64,000 nt of DNA from Sphaerodactylus townsendi (taxonomy: Eukaryota). This document shows, in pieces, positions 50,601-61,700 of the stretch (position 1 is the first letter of the stretch; every line of letters starts with the position of its first letter). The DNA is taken from assembly GCF_021028975.2 (NCBI RefSeq), contig NC_059436.1:39308001-39372000 (forward strand), written 5' to 3'. A model generated the notes under the pieces. It had not been told where the DNA came from and made no database searches. It saw only the letters and a program-made list of their open reading frames with translations. The position numbers and the translations under genes are program-made.

Positions 50601-53600
50601 GGGGGGGGCTACCCCCGTTGACATTCTTGCATACAGATTATTCAAAAATTTTGTATTTGTTATTTTGCTGTTTCCCAGTATCACCATCAGCAGAGGTTTT
50701 GTCAAAGAGACCAAATGGTTCTTTGTGTTTCCACGTGAATTGCGCCATCAGATCACCTTAGAGATAGTTACAAGGTGAAAGGATGTATGGGGGCAGGGGG
50801 ATGCAGGCTGGCAGAAACTCTTAAGTCTTGCCGTGCACAGTATATTAGATTTCTTCACACATACCATTTTTCATAAACTGAGGAAAAGTGTGTGACAGTG
50901 ATCAGCAACTGAAAGCCTAATCCAGTGTTTCCCAACCTTTTCGAGGTCAGGGTACCCTTGACCTCACTCTTCATATCTCACGGTACCCCTGCCACCACCC
51001 TCCACCTTCCCCTCCCATTGCCCCTGCTTGCCACACCCCCACCTTCCCCTCCCAGGGTGAAGGGAAGCACTGGGGGAGGGGGTGGCTGCTGACCTTGCGG
51101 CAGGCCCTGCCCCATGGGCCAGCTCCATGTCCTTGCTGGCGCCGATGGGAGACACCACAAAAATGAGGGGGGGCGGTAGTGTTGCCGCGGTACCCCTGGG
51201 ACATGCTCACGGCACCCCAGGGTACCACGGAACCCTGGTTGAGAATGGCTGGCCTAATCACACATTATGCTGTTTCTGGGTCTGCCTCATTTGTGAATAA
51301 ATCAAACATTGGAAAACTGCCACTGGTTTACCACACACAAACCAAATAGAACATTTTGAGGCAGGAGATGAAATGTTTCCTCCATGGCGTTCCACATGAT
51401 TTTTAGCCCAAAACATTTTATTTCCTGACTGAAGGTAGCATTTTTCGTTGCCATTTCTGGCAAATTACTTCCATTAATGTTCATGATGCCAGAGACTCCT
51501 TGTGATACCCCAGATCAGAAGACACTGAATTCATTCTATCCCATTAAAGCACAGGTGTCAAACTTGTGGCCCTCCAGGTGTTATGGACTACAGCTCCCAT
51601 CATCCCCTGCCAGCATGATGCTGGCAGGGGATGATGGGAACTGCAGTCCATACTATCTGGAGAGCCGTGAGTTTGACACATATGCATTAAAGAAAGGAAA
51701 ACTAGTTCTTGGCCTTCATCCTTTTCAAACAGGCTCTTCTGCAACTGGAGAAGAGTGACCTGGGTTGCGGTGCGGGCGGAGGACAGAACAATGTAGACGT
51801 CTTCCGACAGGCTGGTCTCACCTTTCTGACCAATGCCAATGCAGAGGACTCGAAAGAAGCAGGTGCTTTCCCCTACTATTTTAGCCACAGCAGTGAAAAT
51901 GTGCTCCCTTTAAAAACACTGCTTCCTAAATCGTTATGCTTATGTTGGGGGTATGTTGCGTCAATAGTGGATATCATAATTACTATGTATATTGTTATCT
52001 GATTGCTTAAAGTAGCTGAGCTGGGGTGGCTGTGTGTAGGTACAGAGATGTTGTCAAGCAGTGTTCCCGCTCTGCCTGGCATAGATCAGCTGGAGCCCAA
52101 GGTCATTCCTGGACTTACTATTATCTGTCAAATGTTAATGGACCTTTTCTACCCTTAACCGCTGTGCTTTGCAACATAGTAAGCAGGCATCCTCGCCTCT
52201 GGCCTCCGGAAGGGGGGGGGGGATGGAGGTTTGAGGCTGAAGACTATCGCTGGGCCTCGAGACACTTAGAACCAGGGGCGTACCTAGGTAAACTAACGCC
52301 TGGGGACAAAACCTGAGTTTGGCCCCCCCCCCCCCCCCCGCCCGGCGTATGGGCGGCCACCCTCCCCCACCATGACCAAACAATGATTTTTGTACCAGCT
52401 CACAAAACACCTCCCACTCCCATCAAAACATACATGGCTCTCTCCCCACCAACTCTTTTCCTAATTTCCTAATCACAACAACCCTATGAGGTAGGTTGTT
52501 AGCCTGAGAAACAACAAGCCAGTGCAAGTGGGTATTAAGCATGTAAATCTCTCACAAATCACCCCCAGCAAAACATTTATCAAACAAATGTCAGCATCAC
52601 CTCTCACAAAACACCTCCAGTGGAATCCACCCCCAAACAGCATCACTTTCAATGGTGTTTAAACTAGGGAGCTCAGATTCTTCTTTTAAATCTACCTTAA
52701 AGGGAGAATCTGGGGTCCCCGGTTAAAACAAAATGGAAAGTGATGCTGTTTGGGGGTGGATTCTCCCCCACCCTGAAACAGCATCACTTTTGAGGGTTGG
52801 AGATTCAGATGAAACAAATACCAGATTCGGCTGGAATCTGGGCAAATTTGGGCACATTCGGACAAAAATTGTCCGATTATGTTCTGCCCAAATATGAGCA
52901 ATGCGAATGCAAGGTATTTGGGTTTTTGGAGGGTATTTTTGGTGTTTTATTGGCCTGCAGGGAGCGCATTTTTAAAGCTAGTGGCACCAAAATTTCAGGG
53001 CATCATTCAGAGACTGCCCTAATGATACCACCTGAGTTTGGCGATGTTTGGTTCAGGGTCAGCAAAGTTATCGACGCCCAAATGGAATGACCCCATCCCC
53101 ATTGTTTTCAATGGGAGCTAACCTGAGATGGGGGCTACCCATTTGAGGGACCATAACTTTGGTCCCCCTGAACATAACTTCACCAAACATGGGTGGCATC
53201 ATAAGAATAATTAACAGATGATACCCTGAAAATTTGGTGTCATTAGCTTTAAAAATACATCCCTTCCAGGCACCCCAAGAAATTTGCCCAAGATTCTTTG
53301 TTATGCAGTGACTTTGCTCCATTGTAGCTAATGAGGAATTTCTGAGGCAGGCTGCACATTTTTGAAGATAGAGGCACCAGACTTTCAAGGTGGCTCCAAG
53401 AGGCCTTGAGTAATAGCATCCAAGCTTGGTGAGCTTTGCTTCTGGAGTGGGGGTGGGTGGAGTTGAGAGAGTTCTGAGAGAACTCAGCCCACAGGCGTGC
53501 AGGAGCGGGGAAACAAAATAAGCCTTTTGGGGGCCCATAAAATTGAACCCCCAGAAGCAAAGGTCTCCAAACCTGGATGCTATTACCAGGAGGCCCTCCG

Positions 53601-56600
53601 GGAGCCACCCTGAAAGTCTGGCGCCTCTATCTTAAAAAATGTGCAGCCTGCCTACGCACTCAGAAATTCCCCATTGGCTACAATAGAGCAAAGTCACTGC
53701 AAAACAAAGAATCTTGGGCAAATTTCTTGGGGTGCCTGGAAGAGGTGTATTTTTAAAGCTAGTGACACCAAATTTTCAGGGTATCATCTGTTAACTATTC
53801 TTATGATGCCACCCACGTTTGGTGAAGTTATGTTCAGGGGGACCAAAGTTATGGCCCCTCAAATGGGTAGCCCCCATCTCAGGTTAGCTCCCATTGAAAA
53901 CAATGGGGATGGGGGCACCCCCTTTGGGGGTCCATAACTTTGCTTCTCCTGAACCAAACTTCACCAAATTTTGGTGGTATCATCAGGACAGTCTCTGGAT
54001 GGTACCCTGAAATTTTGGTGCCGCTAGCCTTAAAAATGCGCCCCCTGCAGGCCGGAACGTGAAAAAACACTTTAAAAATTAAAAAACACACAAAAGACCC
54101 TGAAATGTTGGTGCCCCCCCCACGTGACCAAATGGGGGGCGCCCGGGGACATAGGGTACCCCCTGTCCCTAGGCAGGAACGCCACTGCTTAGAACACATA
54201 ACAAAACTATTCACACATCGTTATTCTGTTAATCTGTGGGAAGATTGGGTGGGGGGAGTTTGAGCGGGAAACGTGGGAATAAATGTGTCTGCAGGAACCA
54301 CCATCCCCAGATCTGGCTTCCTGCAGTACTGGTTACTGAGACAGCAGAATAAAGGTTACTGATTTCGCATCTAGAGTCTGAATTACTGACTGTTGTATGC
54401 TGGGGCTGAAGGAGGAGACTTCCTAAACTTATCTCATTTGTAAGTCTTGTGGACAGAGAGAGACTCAAGTGCTGCCATTTGGGCTCAGGGTTATTTCCTG
54501 GTCATGCTAAGAGATAATTTGTTCATTGAAGTGACCTGCTGTGAATGCATGTCCCTAGGATGATGGGGAACCCTATGTACATCCTGGGTTCTGCCCATGT
54601 GGCTTACCTCCCCAATATAGGGTGTGAATATGGAGTCCTGTTAAAAAAGTAATAATTGCATCTTGGGGAGTAGGGGAGGCTGGAATGAGCCCTGCTCTCT
54701 GCTCAGCGGCACAAGGGTGTCATTATTAATTTTTGAATACGGCTCCTTGTGAGTGCATAAATGAATCAGCCCAATAAAGTCCAAGTAACTGTTTCATTTA
54801 GCATCCTTGTGGAACCAGTTGCTGAATTAGCAAGTTGCTCTCAGTCCCAGCTGTTAAGCAAAGAAGGGCTGGCTTGTTTCATAAGTGCTCACTAAATCTT
54901 TATTTGTTGACTGCCTTATAAAATCATTCTTATCATTGCCAGTTTTTTTTCTCTTTGTTTCAACAGATGAAGCTTGTGATGCCGTCGTGCGATCAATAAG
55001 ATCCACCATCAGCGAGCAGATTGAAAAAAAAGGTATTTCATATGCCAGATGTTTTTTTAAAAAAATCGGCAGCATTCATATGGGGGAAAGTATCCCAAGA
55101 ACTTTGTTTTAAGCAGCTTTTCAAAAATCATGTTCGTTTTATTTATTCCGGCAAGTCACATCTGACTTATGGTGACTCCAGTGGGGTTTTCAAGGCAAGA
55201 GACTTTCAGAGCTGGTTTTGCCATTGCCTGCCTCCATGTTACAACTCTGGTATTCCTTGGAGGTCTCCCATCCAAATAATTGCCAGGGTTGACCCCAATC
55301 GCCCCTCTAACCATGGTAGGGAACTGCGCGGTAGGTCCCTACCACTGAGTGGCACAGAAACACCTGTGAGAGCTCAGTGCCAGCTCTCCCTCCTGGTGGC
55401 TGCAAGATCTGCGCGGCACCAAGGCGGTGTCCGTGTGGCTGCGCAGTTTTCAGGGAAGGCTGGTTGACTCTATTTAGCATCTGAGCCTGGCCAGATAGGC
55501 TTACAGTAGCTTCAACTCCGGTCCCTCCACAACAACAGCTCTTCCCTAATTCCTACTTCTGCCCTTCACAGACATGAGATGAGCGAAAAGCAAGCACCCA
55601 GGGCAGTGTGTGGGGTTTCCTATCCCAATAGAGACATACGGTCTACGGACATGATTTTGGGATGAATGCATGGGCTTTAAGACTCATCAGAATTAATGAA
55701 GGGTTAAGACTTCTCACACAGATGTGGGGGCATTAGAAATTGGATGCTCTTCTTTTAAGGACTCTCATCAGTCCAAAGATATTGCTATGTAGTTAAACTA
55801 AACTGGATTTAGTCAGGTGAATGCCTGGGTGGGAAAGTGGTCTCAGGTAGGAAACCTGGAAAAGACCTTGGAGTGTTAGGCCCCTTCTGCACATGCAGAA
55901 TAATGAACTTTCAATCCACTTCCACAATTGCTTGAAAGTGGATTTTGCTATTCTTTACAGGAAAATCCAGCTGCAAAGTGCGTTGAAAGTGGACTGAAAG
56001 TGCATTATTCTGCATGTGCGGAAGGGAACTTAGTCAAGCATGGCTAGCTCCAGGCTCAGTATAAAATAGTTTAATATGTTCATACATAAGTATAATAAAC
56101 TTAAGGAAGACATCAGACATCTGTTCGGAACCTTTTCCCACTATTTGTCCATCAAATGCATTTGCTTTTTTGTTTCTTTTCTTGCATGTTTATCCAATAT
56201 TAATCTGTTGGATTATAAAAATTATAGACTTTGTTCTTCCTCTGAGGACTTAATTATTTACTTCATGCTATTGCAATTTTTATCTTACCCTGCCCTAGCC
56301 GAGGCCGGGCTCAGGGCACCTCCCAACATGGCATAACTATATTGTGTACTGACTTGTGTATGTTATATCATGTTAATATACTTAATAACATAATACAGTA
56401 ATTAATATAATACAATAAAGTAGCTACAATTCCTTTTCATCATTCATAGCTGAAATATGACTATTGAGAAGACCACTGTGCCACAGAATACAGGTGTCAA
56501 ATGCTTCCTGTCATTTCAGTATCTCGCTATAGACACAAAGAAGTTCAGAAGTGCTGCAGGTCCGGATCGGAAATGTATCCCATCACTCAGACATGCAATG

Positions 56601-58756
56601 AAAGAGCCAGTCGTATTAAGGGTGTACCACGGATATGTATAAAGGCCTTCCTGGACTGTTGTGAATTTGCAAACCAGCTACGTCAAACTGAGCCACACAA
56701 AATTTTAATACTGGCAAGAATGCGTAAGTCAATTTGCACAGTGTCGATTTGAATCTGCAGCTGTTTCTTGTAGGGTTTTAAAGCAATATTTAAGCATGGA
56801 CAGATAGATGAATGAATTATTTAGTCCAACAGTCAATTAGTCCTGTTTTAAAATCCAGATAGAAACTGCTGAAGAATTTCAGTGCCACTGACGTTATTAA
56901 TTTTGTACTCCACCTCTCAGGTAGGCAAAGCATTTGCAGGTGCTCCCAGAGGGAGTGTTGTCTGGGGAGTCGGACAGCGTAAGCATCAATTGCAAGCCAT
57001 TGTGCTGAGGCCCAAGATTTAGCTGGGCCAGCTGCAGTTGTTGTAGTCCAAATGAATGACAACTGTGGGACTGTTTCACCAACCCAACTGGGTCTCTCTC
57101 GTTGTTGATAGCATGGGAAAATAGCAGTCCAATTTGATTTGTTCAGAGAGGTTGCAGGGAAAATGTGTCAGACTCTCCGGGGGTGGTTTCCAAATGAGGT
57201 GGAGGAGCATCCAGCTGGAAATGATTGATACCATCCAAGGGCAAGCTTCTTCTGTGGCCAGGGCTCAGTGTGGCACTGGGGTCTAGTGGTTATAGCTTCA
57301 GTCCTTTCTGCTGGATTAACACCAGCAGAATGGGAAAATCCCAGACATGGGCATCTGCAACAAGGGACCAAGGACTCATTGATGGGGGCTCAGTGGACCT
57401 TCAAAAGTCACTTTGGAGTCCAACAGACATCCCTCAGGGCGTCACTCCGAAGCATGCACACAGCGCCCTCCCCCATGAAAGACCTTTCTCTACCCAATAT
57501 AACCTCACCGATCTGACACTCATCCTTGGCATGTGCACCTCGGGAGTCAATTCCTACTAAGAAACATGTGTGGTAATCCACTCCACTCAATGTCCAGGGC
57601 CTCTCCCTCAATCTCTGACCAAGAGGAAACTCAGCACCCACCTGAGCTGCTGGTCCACCTGAGTGCAAAGCTGACAGCTTGGGCCTCTTGCCCCAGCAGC
57701 TGCTCCATCCTACTCCCCACAGCCCCCTTGTGCATAGGGAGATGTGGGGTAGAGCTCCTGCCCATCCCACTGGCTGCTGGGCTCAGGTCAGGGAGGCAAC
57801 TTGACCAGGGAGGCTCTTGGGCACAAGGGAAGGAGGTTGGGGTAACAGTCCCTTCCTTAACTGTCGTCATTCCAACAATGGAGCTTAGAAAGTGATCTTT
57901 GCAGATGCTGCATGTGGAAAGCAAGGGACCTGTTATCTGGTAGACTCTGAAAAAAATCTTTCCCCCCTTCCAGAAATAGAGGCTTTCTTAGAAGTGGATG
58001 ATCCAGTGATCCGAAGCTATTTTCCTGAAAGTTGGCTCTGGGAAGTCCACCAAGTTACTAGGTATGGTGTTGCATGTCAGATTCTATCACTTCAACTTCA
58101 GTTGTAGCTCAAGATGGCCCACTTTATAGAGCTGAGGCTGCTCACTGTTTTCCTAGTGATCTTACAGCTAAGCTAGAAGCGACATCCGCCATAAGCTGGA
58201 TGGGGAATTGTTCAGGCAGAAGTGAAGTCTACCAGCTCTCATATAATATACAGTGTTGTCAGGTTTTGTGCAGCAGCGCAAAGTACACTGAAGTATATTG
58301 GTCTGTGCTATAAAAGAGGATTAATGAATAGTGATGTTGTCTTACCAGAGTGCACTGCAATCAAATAGCTATAATCTTTTATCTGCCATTTTAATTGTTC
58401 CGTTATGCCATGTTTCCTTTTAATAGTTACACTGTTATCCCATCCCTTTTAATTTCTCATCCCCTTTTGTGTTCCCAATTTTCCTCTGCCATACATTAGA
58501 GTCCTCATATATTTCATCCTTATAACTGTTATCTTATTTGGGGTGCATAGAACACGGCCATACAGCCCGGAAACCACACAGCACCCCAGTGATTCCGGGC
58601 CGTGAAAGCCTTCGACAATACATTGTTATCTTATTTACCTTATGCTGGTCTATGACCGTAATGAAAACTGATTGATTTACTGAAGTGAATTCTGGAAAAT
58701 AACATTCCCAAGCTCTCTAAGGGCCAATTTGGCTTGGGGATATGTCTGTCTGTCTT

Positions 58757-58787
<31 letters not shown>

Positions 58788-61700
58788 TTCTTTCTGCCTG
58801 CCTGCCTGCCTGCCCTGCTCCCAAAGCTCTGCCTGCCTTGCCCTCCGCCTCTGCCTCGCCTGCCTGCCACTGCCTGTCTGCCATTGTTCTGTCGAGACGT
58901 CTGTCTGTCATTCTATTTGAAGTGGGTTCATTCATTCACTATTCATTCCACATTCCCACATTCGACTCATTCATTTCAATTCTAATTCGATTTCATTCAT
59001 TCATTCATTCATTCATTCATTCATTCATTCATTCATTTTGGATTTATATCCCACCCTATCCCAGAAGGGTTCAGTCTTCTCTCCCATGCCATTTTCCTGC
59101 ATGAGAAACTAGGGACTTCCTGTGGCCATTTTGATTCAGGAAATGGGCATAGGTGAGAGACTGAAACTTCTTCCATGTCGTGCTCCCATATCAAATCAGG
59201 CCCCAGAGTCCTTAGGAATGTTAGTTGCCCAATATCACCCTGTTTAGTGTATTGTCGAAGGCTTTCATGGCTGGATTCAGCTGGTTCTGGTGGGTTTTCC
59301 AGGCTGTGTGGCTGTGGTCTGAGAGATCTTGTTCCTAACGTTTCGCCTACATCTGTGGCTGGCATCTTCAGAGGTGTATCACAGAGGGAAGTCTGTTACA
59401 CATTGTGTAACACTGTTAACAGACACCTCTGAAGATGCTACCCACAGATGCAGGCGAAACGTTAGGAACAAGATCCACCAAACCATAGCCACACAGGCCG
59501 GAAAACTCACCAGAACCCCATTAAGACCTACTAGGATTGAGCTATACCAGGCTGCCTTCCCTTCCACCCTTGGATCAGTGTCTGGGAAATAGGCTAATTG
59601 CTGATGAGAATACTTTTTGGCCCCAAAAAACTGGCATATCCTATACTTTATTGATCCATATCTTTAGTTGACACTAGCTTCAATCTCATTTAGTGAGTGG
59701 AGAATGGCATCTGTGGAAACAAACTTTCTACTAAACTTGCTGCATTCCATGAGGGAGCACTGGAGTAAAAGAGCCAAATTCACAAAAATTGCACCCCTTT
59801 TTCCAATAGCTGAAGTGCTTTCCACCCATAGGAAAAAAAACCCAGAATCCAAGCCTTTGTATGTAAAATGGAACCATTCGTATATGTGTCGTACTATGTA
59901 TATATGTATAGTCCTTTCTATTAAAAGGTTGCAACTTTATTATGACCAAACATAATGGGATCAATTTATATGACTGCGTACTGGTGCCTGGACTTGGTTT
60001 TCTTTGTGTTCTGCATGCTTAACATGACTTGGCAACCTAGGCATCTAGAAATAAAAAGACAATACTTCCTTAGAACATGTGCAGTACAACATCAAAGACT
60101 AAAAACTAGCAAAAACTAGCACTGTCAGCCTCATCGAATAATCCTATTATATAAAAGGCAAGGTGTATTGCCGACGACTCATGTTTTGAAGAGCTATGCA
60201 GGTGTGTAAGTGGAGGGGGTAGGTAGCTTTCTGGATGAGACCTGCCAGCCACAAGGAAAAGGCATCAGCTGGATGGGAGGGAGGCAGGCAGGCAGCAGCA
60301 GCAGAAACATCTCTGGTGGCCAGGGACAGTTTTACAAGCAGTGGTGGGGACTCCTTGGAAAATAGTAGCCAAGCCTGCCTCCATTTGCCTGCCTGGCTGC
60401 TTGCGTGCCTTCTCCACTGTAGAGACAGATCTGGGGCAGCAGCGCCGAGGAGAAGGAGCTGTGACCAATGCCTGCAGGTGCTGGGGAAAAGCAGAGGCCG
60501 TTTCCACACGGGCATTTAATGGCGGCCTGGAGATGGCAAAAACGCCGTCTCCAGGCCGCCATTCGCACAGGGGCGCGAAGCTACCTTGTAGCCCAGCGCC
60601 AGCCCAGCGCCGCTTAGCCCTTGTGAAGCCAAGCGTTTCCCCAGAGCGCTTAAAAGCGCTCTTGTTGGGGAAACGCTGCCTCGAAGCCGCTGCCCCCTTC
60701 AGAGGATCCTCTGAAGATGCCACCACAGATGCAGGCGAAACGTTAGGAGAGAATGCTGCTTGAACACGGCCATACAGCCCGGAAACCACACAGCACCCCA
60801 GTGATTCCGGCCGTGAAAGCCTTAGACTATGCTTAGAACTGTCTGCTTTAATTCTCTACCTGCCCAGTGCCTCATTCCCTAGATACCGTGTCTTCCAAAT
60901 ATTTAAATATATGTGGTTTGCCAATTCAGGTATCACATCAAGCCCCAGTTTTCACAAACCATTGTTTGAAAGCCCACTTCAAAACATGGCTTTCTGATTC
61001 ACGTTTGCTGACCACTTACAAAGCGTAGTTTCTCAGGCACCACACCAACTACCAGACACTTAGCTGGAAGCTTCCCTGAATGAAATGCCAAATAAACCAG
61101 CTAGATGAGAAAATGGTAGTAGAACTGAAAGTATATCCGATTTACTCACTTTTTGTAAAATAACTTTATGCAGCCCGAAGACTCTTTCTGTGACCCTTCC
61201 TGATTCTCTCACTACATGGGAAATACAGGGTGTTGGCATATCAGATAAAGGTATGTAAATTAGCCCTAATTTGTTTTTGGTGACCAAGTGAGACTCTGCA
61301 CATAAAATGAGACAATGGGGTGGGCAAATCACTTTAAAAAATAGAGACAAGTGCAGAGGCGTAGCTCCAAGGGAACGGGGGAGGGGTGACGCACGGGTGG
61401 GAGCCCCTGTGGGGATGTGGTGGGGGCAGAAGCATTCCGGGGCAGGGCAGAGGACCCACCAGTGCACTCGGCACGTTTTCCTCTTGCTACGCCTCTGGAC
61501 AAGTGTGAGATGTTCACTGCAGCCATGGGAATCTGGGCGATAAACCAAGAACCACACAGCCTAAGTCCATCACTGTCTCCTATCCAAAACAAAGCATCCA
61601 GAGAAGGGTTGGGTTATGCTAAATCAGCACTATCAATTGGCAGCTGTTTGTGTCCTCTGGATTTGGCCCTTGCCTCTACCATAGTACCATTCTTGCTTCC

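Noticed and set aside
52797-54214. Paralogous-looking ORFs on opposite strands ([11 protein letters not shown]...)
   Set aside because: Mirror translations of a non-coding palindromic array, not a transposase.
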